A stretch of DNA of 64,000 nucleotides from Macrostomum lignano (Eukaryota), in NCBI GenBank assembly GCA_002269645.1, contig NIVC01001062.1, positions 186,001 through 250,000 of the forward strand, in the 5' to 3' direction. The notes below the pieces were generated by a model, which saw only the letters and a program-made list of their open reading frames with translations, did not search any database and was not told the DNA's origin. The position numbers and the translations under genes were made by a program. Below are positions 11,490-49,352 of the stretch, piece by piece (position 1 is the first letter of the stretch; the number at the start of each line of letters is the position of its first letter).

Positions 11490-14205
11490 AATCTTCTCTC
11501 CTCTCCGCTCCGATCCTCTCCCCTCCCCTATCTTCTTCTCTCATTTCCTCTCCTCTCATCTCCCCTCTCCTCTCCTCTCCTCTTTCCTCTCCTCTCCTCT
11601 CCTCTCTTCTCCTCTTCCCTCTCCTCCTCTCCTCTCATTTCTTCTCCTCTCCTCTCCTCTCCTCTCCTCTCCTCTCCTCTCTTCTCTCTCCTCTCCTCTC
11701 CTCTCCTCTCCTCTCCTCTCCTCTCCTCTCCTCTCCTCTCCTCTCTTCTCCTCTTCCCTCTCCTCCTCTCCTCTCATTTCTTCTCCTCTCCTCTCCTCTC
11801 CTCTCCTCTCCTCTCCTCTCCTCTCTTCTCCTCTCCTCTCCTCTCCTCTCCTCTCATCTCCTCTCCTCTCCTCTCCTCTCCTCTCATCTCCTCTCCTCTC
11901 CTCTCATCTCCTCTCCTCTCCTCTCATCTCCTCTCATCTCCTCTCCTCTCCTCTCATCTCCTCTCCTCTCCTCTCCTCTCCTCTCCTCTCATCTCCTCTC
12001 CTCTCCTCTCATCTCCTCTCCTCTCCTCTCATCTCCTCTCCTCTCCTCTCCTCTCCTCTCCTCTCCTCCCATCTCCTCTCCTCTCCTCTCCTCTCCTCTC
12101 CTCTCCTCTCCTCTCCTCTCCTCTCCTCTCCTCTCCTCTCCTCTCCTCTCATCTCCTCTCCTCTCCTCTCCTCTCCTCTCCTCTCCTCTCCTCCCATCTC
12201 CTCTCCTCTCCTCTCCTCTCCTCTCCTCTCCTCTCCTCTCCTCTCCTCTCCTCTCCTCTCCTCTCCTCTCCTCTCCTCTCCTCTCATCTCCTCTCCTCTC
12301 CTCTCCTCTCCTCTCATCTCCTCTCCTCTCATCTCCTCTCATCTCCTCTCCTCTCATCTCCTCTCATCTCCTCTCATCTCCTCTCATCTCCTCTCCTCTC
12401 CTCTCCTCTCCTCTCCTCTCCTCTCCTCTCCTCTCCTCTCCTCTCCTCTCCTCTCCTCTCCTCTCCTCTCCTCTCCTCTCCTCTCATCTCCTCTCATCCT
12501 CTCCTCTCCTCTCTCTCTTCTCCTCTCCTCTCCTCTCCTCTCCTCTCATCTCCTCTCCTCTCCTCTCCTCTCCTCTCATCTCCTCTCCTCTCCTCTCATC
12601 TCCTCTCCTCTCCTCTCATCTCCTCTCATCTCCTCTCCTCTCCTCTCCTCTCATCTCCTCTCCTCTCCTCTCCTCTCCTCTCATCTCCTCTCCTCTCCTC
12701 TCATCTCCTCTCCTCTCCTCTCATCTCCTCTCCTCTCCTCTCCTCTCCTCTCCTCTCCTCTCCTCCCATCTCCTCTCCTCTCCTCTCCTCTCCTCTCTTC
12801 TCCTCTCCTCTCCTCTCCTCTCCTCTCCTCTCCTCTCCTCTCCTCTCCTCTCCTCTCCTCTCTTCTCCTCTTCCCTCTCCTCCTCTCCTCTCATTTCTTC
12901 TCCTCTCCTCTCCTCTCCTCTCCTCTCCTCTCCTCTCCTCTCCTCTCCTCTCCTCTCCTCTCCTCTCATCTCCTCTCCTCTCCTCTCATCTCCTCTCCTC
13001 TCCTCTCATCTCCTCTCATCTCCTCTCCTCTCCTCTCCTCTCATCTCCTCTCATCTCCTCTCATCTCCTCTCATCTCCTCTCCTCTCCTCTCCTCTCCTC
13101 TCCTCTCCTCTCCTCTCCTCTCCTCTCCTCTCCTCTCCTCTCCTCTCCTCTCCTCTCCTCTCCTCTCCTCTCCTCTCCTCTCCTCTCCTCTCCTCTCCTC
13201 TCCTCTCCTCTCCTCTCCTCTCCTCTCCTCTCCTCTCCTCTCCTCTCCTCTCCTCTCCTCTCCTCTCCTCTCCTCTCCTCTCCTCTCCTCCCATCTCCTC
13301 TCCTCTCCTCTCCTCTCCTCTCCTCTCCTCTCCTCTCCTCTCCTCTCCTCTCCTCTCCTCTCCTCTCCTCCCATCTCCTCTCCTCTCCTCTCCTCTCCTC
13401 TCCTCCTCTCCTCTCCTCTCCTCTCCTCTCCTCTCCTCTCCTCTCCTCTCCTCTCCTCTCCTCTCCTCTCCTCTCCTCCCATCTCCTCTCCTCTCCTCTC
13501 CTCTCCTCTCCTCTCTCTCCTCTCCTCTCCTCTCCTCTCCTCTCCTCTCCTCTCCTCTCCTCTCTCTCTCCTCCCATCTCCTCTCCTCTCCTCTCCTCTC
13601 CTCTCCTCTCCTCTCCTCTCCTCTCCTCTCCTCTCCTCTCCTCTCCTCTCCTCTCCTCTCCTCTCATCTCCTCTCCTCTCCTCTCATCTCCTCTCCTCTC
13701 CTCTCCTCTCCTCTCCTCTCATCTCCTCTCATCTCCTCTCATCTCCTCTCATCTCCTCTCCTCTCCTCTCCTCTCCTCTCCTCTCCTCTCCTCTCCTCTC
13801 CTCTCCTCTCCTCTCCTCTCCTCTCCTCTCCTCTCCTCTCCTCTCCTCTCCTCTCCTCTCCTCTCCTCTCCTCTCCTCTCCTCTCCTCTCCTCTCCTCTC
13901 CTCTCCTCTCCTCTCATCTCCTCTCCTCTCCTCTCCTCTCCTCTCCTCTCCTCTCCTCTCCTCTCCTCTCCTCTCCTCTCCTCTCCTCTCCTCTCATCTC
14001 CTCTCCTCTCCTCTCATCTCCTCTCATCTCCTCTCCTCTCCTCTCCTCTCCTCCTCTCCTCTCCTCTCCTCCCTCTCCTCTCCTCTCCTCTCCTCTCCTC
14101 TCCTCTCCTCTCCTCTCCTCTCCTCTCCTCTCCTCTCCTCTCCTCTCCTCTCCTCTCCTCTCCTCTCCTCTCCTCTCCTCTCCTCTCCTCTCCTCTCCTC
14201 TTCTC
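11490..14205. repeat. (CTCTC)n pentanucleotide array, ~2.7 kb, with CTCAT/CTCCC variants
   Basis: Direct reading; source of the 954-aa SSPLL ORF and the RGEER ORFs. Confidence 0.97.
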
Positions 14206-15454
14206 TCTTTACAGTTAGTTACAGAGCACTTAGTATATTAATTTATTCAAAACTGTCATTCATTCCGGACTTTATACTTGCAGAACATCGGCTTAGAGCA
14301 CATATTGCGGATTGTTACATTGTCTAATCCTGTGCCAGACTGTCTCTACCCAGCAAAAGGTCTGGATTTGTTTGAGTGGCAGCGGATTAATATTCACACG
14401 GGCTGTAAAGAAACTAAAGTATGAAAAAAATCTGTCCATAATATCGTGAGGTCAGGAATCAGAGGAATAGAATTTCAAAGTATTTTGCCTAAAACTCTTT
14501 CCTGGCGAAGTTAGCTCCCGATTTTCGGCGATGAAATGAATGATCGGCCATCAGATAAACTAAGATTGTTGTCAGCATTCATTCTATAGCATCCGTGATG
14601 TACGCATGGCGTAATTTCCACTAGTATAAGCGCCATTTCTACTAGTCTAAGCGCCACTATTAAAAGTTTAAGAGCTACTTCCAATAGTGTAAGCGGTAGA
14701 AAAAACAATTACAATAATAACTCATCGATGTGTACATGCATGTAAGATTGTAAGCTCGCATGTACGGTTGATATGCGTTATGTGGGATTCAGCTAGTTAT
14801 CGAATGGCGCTCACGTAGAGAGCCCGGCTAGCCAAATAATTGTTTGATGGACCGACAGACCGCCGGCGAGAGATAACACAGCTGAAATTGGCCCGCCACC
14901 GTCACTAATTAGCTTTAATGGCTACTGCGAGAGCTGAGCTCAGCTGATGCGAACACACAACGCGCGGGCGATAATGGACAAAGTGGGTATAAATATTACG
15001 CTCGTAGTATACATTACAGCATGCTATCTTTTGCGCTCTAATTTTTAACGAATCTTGGGAAACCTAGATAGAAAGAAGACTTGTACTTCTCCTCATTTTC
15101 TGTATGCGAAAATTCAGAGCTGTGTGTTTGTCTCTCAGTTTATCTCTCTCTCTCTTGACTGTGACTGGCATAAAAAGTCAATAAAAAGTCAGACAGTTAA
15201 TCGATTTTTAGGAGTTTTTTACGAGCTATTTGCTTCGTTGTCTCAGTTTGGCGAAATTATAAATTTTTTTTTTATTGAGTTCCTTTAAGCGGATAAAGAA
15301 GTAGTTCCTTTTCCGATGTTTAAAAATCATTTTTGTAAACTTTAAAATTCTACTTTGCGAATCCCATGAGTCTAGTAAAAGAATTCACTGATTTTAAAAA
15401 TCTGCTCTGTTTATTAATCGATTATTTTCACTTTTTAGTGTATCCGGGAATGTA

Positions 15455-16285
15455 GAGCCTTACTCAACTATAATATATAGTGCGGATGGTAGAGAGCCTC
15501 ACTCAACGATAATATATTGGGCGGAGGGTAGAGAGCCTCACTCAACAATAATATAGTGTGGAGGGTAGAGAGCCTCACTCAACAATAATATAGTGTGGCG
15601 TAGACGTAGCGAGTTCGAGATTTAGTAAGCGATTATTTAATTAATTATTTATTTAATTATTCATTCGTTAGCTAGTTCAATTAGTAGTAGTGTTGACACG
15701 CAGGGCACGAGACAAAACGCCGAATAGAGAAAAGTACAATTAACGAGCGCGAGGCAACATTTAAATTGGCGGGGAAATCCGATTCATTTAAACCTAAGAT
15801 ATCTATTAAAAAAAGTAGTAATAACTTGGACTTAAATAAATAAAACTTAAAGTACATTTTTTCTAAATAAATTACATTAAATTAATAGCTGGGGAACCTG
15901 CAAATTAATCAACTACAATAATTTTAAGTAATAAAAACTCACATAGAAACTAAAAATTTAAGATGCTAACGACGTCGTCACAATAGTGTGGAGGGTAGAG
16001 AGCCTCACTCAACAATAATATATAGTGCGGAGGGTAGAGAGCCTCACTCAACGATAATATATTGGGCGGAGGGTAGAGAGCCTCACTCAACAATAATATA
16101 GTGCGGATGGTAGAGAGCCTCACTCAACGATAATATATTGGGCGGAGGGTAGAGAGCCTCACTCAACAATAATATAGTGTGGAGGGTAGAGAGCCTCACT
16201 CAACAATAATATAGTGTGGAGGGTAGAGAGCCTCACTCAACAATAATATATAGTGCGGAGGGTAGAGAGCATCACTTAACAATAG
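15455..16285. repeat. ~37-bp minisatellite (gcggagggtagagagcctcactcaacaataatatagt), interrupted by a solo LTR
   Basis: About 4 copies at 15455-15593 and about 8 at 15983-16285. Confidence 0.9.
15594..15982. mobile_element. Solo LTR (389 bp), probably Ty3/Gypsy-type
   Basis: Starts TGTGGCG and ends CGTCACA (TG...CA, imperfect terminal IR); flanked by a 4-bp duplication ATAG (15590-15593 and 15983-15986); internal AATAAA; no internal domain. Confidence 0.75.
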
Positions 16286-17391
16286 TATAAATTGAATGCT
16301 GTAGGCAGGGAGACCTCTCAAGTATGGAAGACAGAGGGAGTGTATAGTATGCAATATAGAGCTGCTTTGGTCCATTGGCTATGAATACTGCTATAATACG
16401 AGCACGCTGCACCCAGATAAAAAGTGCCCATCTTGATTGGCGACTGGTTTAGAGAGGACTGTGCTGAGAGAGTGCTAACGAAATTTTCTTTTGCTAGAGT
16501 GATCACCGCTTGAAGACCAGTCAGCCGGTCTCTCCGATCAAGCTTCAGTAGCCGCATAGCAGCATCCCAGGAAAGGAGCTAAATTTGCTATCTCTGCTTT
16601 TGCTACTAGGGGTGAAATTATAGCTAGTCTACTGTAATCTAACTATATCTCCGGTAGCTTAGTGATGCGTGAGACGGACAGAGAGACAGAAAGCGATGAT
16701 GAAGCGCCGCGATGAAGGATAGGACTCCAGCTATATCTAGGAACTAGCTATTGCTAATATTAGACTAGATGGAGATAAGAAGGCTATTCCAAGAGATTCT
16801 TGAAGGATCGAGTGACACAGAGTTGCACTGAGTTGGTATTCTCTGAGGCAAGAGGTGTCAAGCGGTGTGTCCACTCCAGCAGTTGCTGAGCCACTCTCTA
16901 AAGTCCTCTCTTCTACAGATCTCTCCCCGATCCTCTCTGAAGTCTGCCGGTAACCACTTAAAATCGCCTGATCATATATACTCGTATGCATATTGCACTT
17001 CGCGTAGTTACAGAAATTCGTATCATGTATAAATCCAAGACCCTTCTTGATATGAAGAGCGGAGAGAGCTAAATAATTAATTGAGACTACAACTCCCCCG
17101 AGACTGTGCGATAATAGTGTGGAGATGAACAAAATTTGAAATTCTTCCATATTTTTTGTGGAATTTATCCACTCATGTCAAAATTAATTCGCGGCGCTTG
17201 GGCTCCGTATGGACCGTAGAGACCTTACTTATAGAGCACTCAGACCCTGCTCATAGAGGACCAAGACCCTACTCATAGAGGACTCGGACCCTGATCATAG
17301 AGAAAACAAGCCCTACTCAGACAAGATCGACTTAGTCCTTACTCAGCGAGAAATCTATTTCAGAGATTAATGAGATGTTGCGAATGTAAGG

Positions 17392-18608
17392 AGTGATGCT
17401 GAGAAGGAGTGATGCTGAGAAGGAGTGATGCTGAGAAGGAGTGATTCTGAGAAGGAGTGATGCTGAGAAGGAGTGATGCTGAGAAGGAGTGATGCTGAGA
17501 AGGAGTGATGCTGAGAAGGAGTGATGCTGAGAAGGAGTGATGCTGAGAAGGAGTGATGCTGAGAAGGAGTGATTCTGAGAGGGAGTGATGCTGAGAAGGA
17601 GTGATTCTGAGAAGGAGTGATGCTGAGAGGGAGTGATGCTGAGAAGGAGTGATGCTGAGAAGGAGTGATGCTGAGAAGGAGTGATGCTGAGAAGGAGTGA
17701 TGCTGAGAAGGAGTGATGCTGAGAAGGAGTGATGCTGAGAAGGAGTGATGCTGAGAAGGAGTGATGCTGAGAAGGAGTGATGCTGAGAAGGAGTGATGCT
17801 GAGAAGGAGTGATGCTGAGAAGGAGTGATGCTGAGAAGGAGTGATGCTGAGAAGGAGTGATGCTGAGAAGGAGTGATTCTGAGAGGGAGTGATGCTGAGA
17901 AGGAGTGATTCTGAGAAGGAGTGATGCTGAGAGGGAGTGATGCTGAGAAGGAGTGATGCTGAGAAGGAGTGATGCTGAGAAGGAGTGATGCTGAGAAGGA
18001 GTGATGCTGAGAAGGAGTGATGCTGAGAAGGAGTGATGCTGAGAAGGAGTGATGCTGAGAAGGAGTGATGCTGAGAAGGAGTGATGCTGAGAAGGAGTGA
18101 TGCTGAGAGGGAGTGATGCTGAGAAGGAGTGATGCTGAGAAGGAGTGATGCTGAGAAGGAGTGATGCTGAGAGGGAGTGATGCTGAGAAGGAGTGATGCT
18201 GAGAAGGAGTGATGCTGAGAAGGAGTGATGCTGAGAAGGAGTGATTCTGAGAAGGAGTGATGCTGAGAAGGAGTGATGCTGAGAAGGAGTGATGCTGAGA
18301 AGGAGTGATGCTGAGAAGGAGTGATTCTGAGAGGGAGTGATGCTGAGAAGGAGTGATTCTGAGAAGGAGTGATGCTGAGAGGGAGTGATGCTGAGAAGGA
18401 GTGATGCTGAGAAGGAGTGATGCTGAGAAGGAGTGATGCTGAGAAGGAGTGATGCTGAGAAGGAGTGATTCTGAGAAGGAGTGATGCTGAGAGGGAGTGA
18501 TGCTGAGAAGGAGTGATGCTGAGAAGGAGTGATGCTGAGAAGGAGTGATGCTGAGAAGGAGTGATGCTGAGAAGGAGTGATGCTGAGAAGGAGTGATGCT
18601 GAGAAGGA
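17392..18608. repeat. 16-bp minisatellite (gatgctgagaaggagt), ~76 copies
   Basis: Direct reading; source of the 423-aa SITPSQHHS ORF. Confidence 0.97.
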
Positions 18609-19122
18609 GGTGTCAGTTGTGTGGTATATTAATGTCACTATAGGATTTCATTGCCAAGTGCATTTTACTGACTTGAACCCTTTAAGTGAGATTCTTGACT
18701 GGATTTCCACCGACTGCATGGGATTTTCCTGTGTTGGCCCAGCGTAGCGAGGGGTCGCCTATTCAGCAACAAAAGCGCGCAATTCACTGTGCAGATTAAT
18801 GATTGAATGTCCTGCTGCTCTCAAGTCACAATGAAGAAGATATTGCGACTGTGCAGGTATTACCACCTAAGAATTCTGGGTGGCTTTGTGTACTGATGAT
18901 TGATCTGCTGTGGCTATAGAAAATATGCTTTATTTGCAAGTGAATTTTCAGCTCTATGGGTCTTTTAAAGGGCCTGTATGTGCTCAATAATACTGATTGG
19001 TCACTTTTTCAGTGTTAATTGTAAATAATTTCACCGTAATATACTCATATTTCAACTTACCGCATTCAAAAGTATATCTTTGATCATTGACTTACTGACC
19101 CCAAACACCTGCTTGCAGACAG

Positions 19123-21211
19123 ATGAGCGACCAGGAGCAATCAGCAGACAACTCTGCACCTCTGTCCAGGCAGACGTCCCAGCAACAGTCAGCAGCCGGC
19201 GCCACCAGCAATTCATCAAACAGATTTCGGTTCAGCTTTCGAAAGAAGACGCAAAAGTCGGCGGTTGTCAAGCGCGACTCCGAGGATCTGACGATGAAAT
19301 GCTCTTTTATCACGTGAGGAGCAGATGAGAGAATGAAGGGAGAATAGACGAGCCCTTAAAAATCAGTACACGTAGATGAGAGATCAAAAAGAAAGACTTG
19401 TCACTTACTCTCACCTGAGACACGATATAGCACGGGAGAAAACAACATAAATTTACGCAGACCCTCCCCTTGACTCTCTATCCTAATGACCCATAGCTCA
19501 GTGGGAGGGTTCTGAAGTGAGAGCTTGAAACTCTAAGTGATAAATAATTATCTCAGACATGAAGATTCATCTCAATTCATCTTAATCATCGAACACTTCA
19601 AGTCGCAGCCAGACGGAGCAACTATTCGCTGAGCTCACTGGAGAGCTCGGCATGACTCTGGAGCAGCTACTCGAGCACGGCGGCCTGTCGGCGGCCCTGG
19701 CTTTCACGCGAATCTATCCGCGCGAGGCGCTGGCTCGAGCCGGCGCCGCCCTGGTGTGCTGCGGCCCCGGCGACAACGGCGGCTACGGGCTGGCGTGCGC
19801 CAAGTATCTGAAAATCTTTGTGAGCCGATTTAGTATAGTGTGACTAGCCCACACGGCCCCTCTTCGGGGAGAGAACGCTTCAATTTCGTCGGAATTCCCG
19901 ATTGAGGTCTTGAGTATCTGAAGGGATTCTTCTCCAGTCCCTTGCTATCTAAGGCATCTTTTATTCGGCTAGATAGCCATTTTACTTGACAACAAGTCCT
20001 CTAAGTCATCATTTTCCTTAGCAAGTTCCGTTTCGTGTATCTTTCATATAGACCATTCTCGCACACGTACTTCAGGGCTACAAGCTGACTTTATTCTATC
20101 CGAAGACGCCATCGAAGCCGGCTTATCGTCAGCTGCTCAACCAGTGCGAGAAGCTGGATATTCCATTTCTAAGCTACATGCCCGGCGACGTGCAGGTGCT
20201 GCAGCACAACTACGGCCTAATCATTGACGCCCTGTTCGGTTGGACATTTCAGCCGCCAGTTAAACCGGATTTAGCCGGCGTGTTCGGCAAACTGTGCGAC
20301 ACTACTGTGCCCATTGTTAGCATCGATGTGCCCAGCGGTGAGAGAAGGTTGATAGAGTTGTGGGCACCCTGGCGCAATGCTTAAGCGAAATCGTCCCATA
20401 ACCAACGCTGAGGCGATTCTGCTCATTCCACTGACTCCTGAGCACTTTATTCACTCATACAAACGCATCTCACAGGACTGTGGATCTTTGGGCTCATTAA
20501 ATCAGCGCAGATACTCTGCCCCTTTGACACGTGACACAAGCAGAACATTGCACGACAAGCCCAGGACAATATTCGTGCTCAATCGCTCCTCAAATTAACC
20601 GATGGCCGCGCACGGAATCTAACTTGGGGGGATGCAGGCCTATGCTATGAAGCGAGAGTCGGATGCGTTTACCGCAGAGGGCTTGAGACAGATTTGCACG
20701 CTTGCTTTTAATACATCGATAGGGTCACTTTTGAGAACAGAAACGCAGGAAAAGCAAAAATGATTGCTCAAAACTTGCGTATGTCTCCAACGCAGGCTGG
20801 GAGGCCGACAAGCCGCCAAGCGGCAGCCAGCAGCTTCGCCCCGACTCGCTCATCTCGCTATTTCTGCCCAAGCGCTGCTCATTGGAGTTTGCCGTTCGTC
20901 GGCACTACCTGGCTGGCCGGATCATCCCAGTTTCCATGGCAACCAAGCTGGGCCTGCGCCTGCCCTGCTGGGGCTCGGCGGACTCCAGCAGCCTCACTTT
21001 GGCTTTGATTGATCCGAGTGTCGCGGCTGGAGACTCGGAATGTTTGCAATCGGTCAGTTACCGTCGGGCAGACAGCCTGGTGGATTACATGTCAGGAGGA
21101 ACCGCTGCTGCTGATGCCGCAGCTGCCGCCGCCGTCACCGCTGCTGCAGCAAACTCCAATGCCAGCGCCGCGGAGACAGGAAAAAAGCTGGCCTCAATGC
21201 ACTGCTTCTAA
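19123..21211 (+). CDS. NAXE-like: YjeF N-terminal domain protein, divergent NAD(P)H-hydrate epimerase (NAXE/AIBP/YJEFN3 family), join(19123..19313,19609..19819,20076..20337,20796..21211), 359 aa
   Basis: Four exons, 1080 nt, phases 2/0/1, all GT-AG. Collinear with NAXE: [106 protein letters not shown]. Confidence 0.9.
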
Positions 21212-23613
21212 AAGAATGCATAAGTCGAAAACCTGCAAGGTTGATGGATTGATCTGAATGGCTTACCCTTATGGATTCTGACATGTGACGGTACAGCTCA
21301 ACTAGTAGTTCATCAATCCATAGGCAACCCATAAGTGACGCATGAAGGAGACATATTGGTATTGGAGGGCTTAGCCAACTTAGAACTTCTGAGCATGTCA
21401 AGTAGTGACGTGTCCTAAATTGGGTAGCTATGTTTGATATTATGGTTGAGTTGTTTATAGTTTCTAAGTTTCTTTTTTCCAACTGAATTTGGAAGTCAAA
21501 TTTGGCCCTCGAATAAATTTTTGACAACTAATTTGTTGTGTTAGCTAATATCCTCTTACAATTACCAGCTAAATGAATCGTTGCATACATATGGTGTGGT
21601 CACGGGATTTTTGGGGACTCTGCAATTGTTGTGTTTCTATTTATACTAGCATTACATCATAAATCACGTTTTTAGTTGGGTAGAAAACACTTTTTGATGG
21701 CTTTTAGTGGTAAAATAGTTTGACTAAATATCGATAGACCAAAATTTGCATTCAAAATACTGTATTGTATTCTATGCAGTAGTATATAGTCATTTCATAA
21801 TTTAAAAGTACACAGATTTTTATTTTATTAATTGTTTTTCTCTTACTATAGACATTGTTCACAGTGTCTAATTGTAAAAATTTTCTTTGATCAACTAGAT
21901 TGTACTTTTAGGTACAGAATTATGAGTAGCTGAGCCATATACAGTATATACAATAGGCAAATGTGCAGTACAATCTAGCAGAATTAAAAGTTATATTCAA
22001 TCTCTATTATAGTCATATGAAGTTTTGGTACAGGTACCTAACGAGCTCGTAAATGGAAGAAATTGCTATTGCTCCGTGATTTTACATAAATTATTGTTGC
22101 TTGCGTTGTCACGCCCGAAAACCGTTGTATTGAGCAGAAGATGCCTAACGCGTAGCTTACGATTATCGCTCTGTGTTTTGCTTTTTCCCAGGCAATTTCC
22201 CAAAAAATTAAAGCGTTTCAATGGAGGCAACATCTTAGAGATATTGTAGTGTAAAAAATTCTCTCAAAAATGCATGGGCATCATTGTTAAAACAGAACTA
22301 TCAAGGACAAGTTTTGCTGTGTTTTGCTGAAGACCATCGACCAACGAGGAGTGCTGATTCGTGCACAGGGGTTTATTGAATACATCTGGCGCTTATGGCA
22401 AATCTCCAAACTTCTGTCAGCATCTTTGATTATCTCAACGATCCTGAGAACTGGTGACTTTTTTATTCTTGTTCGAGAAGGTGCGCATGTTGTTGAATTG
22501 CGTGTGCCTGTGATGCAGCTATAGTGTTCCGGCCCAGAAAATAAAATTGTGGCTGGGTATTCTTACTGTTAAAAAATAAATACTGAATAAAAAAGTGCTC
22601 TGCACCTCAACGTTGCACGGTCGATTTATAGATAAACTTTTCTCGATTTGAATCTCACGCTATTAATCCTTTTTGCACTACATGTATACATGTAAATTAG
22701 CTGACTAGTGTCCCTAATTCTCCAACGAAGATCTAGTGAGCTTGTAAACAATTTGTTAAGCTTAATTAAAAGTAAATCAAATTTACTAACATTGGTTGCG
22801 CAAGTCTTAAACTATTTTGAATATATTTGCACAGATGAAAAAGCTAACTAGCGTTTTTTATCAATTTCTTCAAGCATTATTTTGGAACAAATCAATTCTG
22901 GGCAAGTTGTCATGCGCTTGGCGCTTCTGTTTCTCCGGTGTTCCATGTCCAACGCAAGCGTGAGAAAATGATTATCGTGAAGCATCTTCAATAAAAAATC
23001 AGTTCTGCTAGACTGAACTAATTTGTTGTTAAAATTTAGCCATCTCTTAGAGACTTTCCGGGTTGAATTTTTTAACATTGCGGCTGAATCCCGTTTTGAA
23101 TTTTTTACGGAATGCATTGTCTGAACTAATTGTGAACAAAGAATTATGTGTGATTATTTGCGAAATCAGTTAAAATTAAAAAATCTATTTATTACAATAG
23201 TCAAAACTCTTTTTCCTCTGTGAAGTCTGCCCATGATTAATAAATATTTAATAACATTAATAACAAAAGCAAAATTATCGAGCAATATAAGTAACGCAAT
23301 TGTTAGATAAGAGTAGAGTAGAATAGATTAGAGTAGTAATTAAAATCAGTATTATAGAAATCCGGTTAAATATAGCAGGTATTATCGGAAACTGCAGTGC
23401 CACTTGCTACCATATAGGAAACAGATAAACTCTATAGATCCATGTAAACTAACTCTCGGCAACATGGAAAACTTTAGTACTTAGAAGGATATCGACTTTA
23501 TTAGAAATAAGCTGAAGGCGGTAAAGGACCGCATATAACGTTATGTCGATCAAATCGCTATACAGTATTTCTTGAAAAATAAGATTTTTTAGTCTTAATT
23601 GGTTGCCGCGAGT

Positions 23614-24210
23614 AAAATGAAATGGCACCACACCTCAAATGAAATGGCACCACACCTCAAATGAAATGGCACCACACCTCAAATGAAATGGCACCACACC
23701 TCAAATGAAATGGCACCACACCTCAAATGAAATGGCACCACACCTCAACTGGAATGGCGCTACACCTCAAATGAAATGGCGCCACACCTCAAATGTAATG
23801 GCGCCACACCTCAAATGAAATGGCGCCACACCTCAAATGAAATGGCGCCATACCTCAAATGAAATGGCACCACACCTCAACTGGAATGGCGCTACACCTC
23901 AAATGAAATGGCGCCACACCTCAAATGTAATGGCGCCACACCTCAAATGAAATGGCGCCACACCTCAAATGAAATGGCGCCACACCTCAAATGAAATGGC
24001 ACCACACCTCAAATGAAATGGCGCCATACCTCAAATGAAATGGCACCACACCTCAAATGAAATGGCACCACACCTCAAATGAAATGGCGCCACACCTCAA
24101 ATGAAATGGCGCCATACCTCAAATGAAATGGCGCCACACCTCAAATGAAATGGCGCCACACCTGAAATTAAATTGCGCCACACCTCAAATGAAATGGCGC
24201 CACACCTGAA
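23614..24210. repeat. 22-bp minisatellite (aaatgaaatggcgccacacctc), ~27 copies
   Basis: Direct reading; lies between the convergent NAXE-like and DAT 3' ends. Confidence 0.95.
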
Positions 24211-24597
24211 ATTAAATGACGGGCTCCGATAAAGTCACGGATTCTCAATTCTCTAGATTTAGTTGATAGCAACAAAAATGATCATAAATGCATTTGACAA
24301 CAATTAATCAATAATACGCTCGTAATTAACAAAACTACTTTTTAAACAAAATTTCAATACAAAAGCTCAGAAATACAATTTAGATAATAACGGAATGATC
24401 TGCAATTATGGCATCTAATTATGTTAATTATAGATATTCATTTGAAGGATAAATTTCGCTTCCAAATTAAATGGCATTGATGCACGCATTGGGAGTTCCG
24501 GTGTGTCGATTCAAAGAGCGGCACATTTAATTCTTTATTTTTAATTTAATTTTATCACCTTCAAAATAACATATTCTCAGGTTTCAAGCCCTATGGT

Positions 24598-48796
<24,199 letters not shown>

Positions 48797-49021
48797 TGAC
48801 CTGCTTGGCTTAAAAAGAGACTGTGTTTGGCCAGATGATGTTTTTGCCACCCAATTCGATTCCACATCAGATACCAGCTTGCGTACCCTTGGGCTTATGT
48901 ATGGCTGCAGTTGTGCATGAGAGCTCGCCCATTGGCTGAGAGCTCTGAATGGGTGCGCGGAGGTTTATGATGGGGAATCAATGCCACTTCTATGTGCTGC
49001 TTGTATATTGTAAGCCTCTAA

Positions 49022-49352
<331 letters not shown>

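Noticed and set aside
11463-14327. 954-aa ORF (SSPLL)n and overlapping RGEER ORFs
   Set aside because: Translation of the (CTCTC)n array, which lacks stop codons
16318-17150. ORFs 16318-16557 and 16737-17150 as decayed reverse transcriptase
   Set aside because: Only a weak FYLG resemblance; no YxDD or other diagnostic motif
19495-19545. tRNA/SINE-like A-box (TAGCTCAGTGG)
   Set aside because: No B-box or cloverleaf could be formed
22025-23117. Short ORFs between the NAXE-like and DAT genes
   Set aside because: AT-rich, no recognisable motifs and no consistent splice structure
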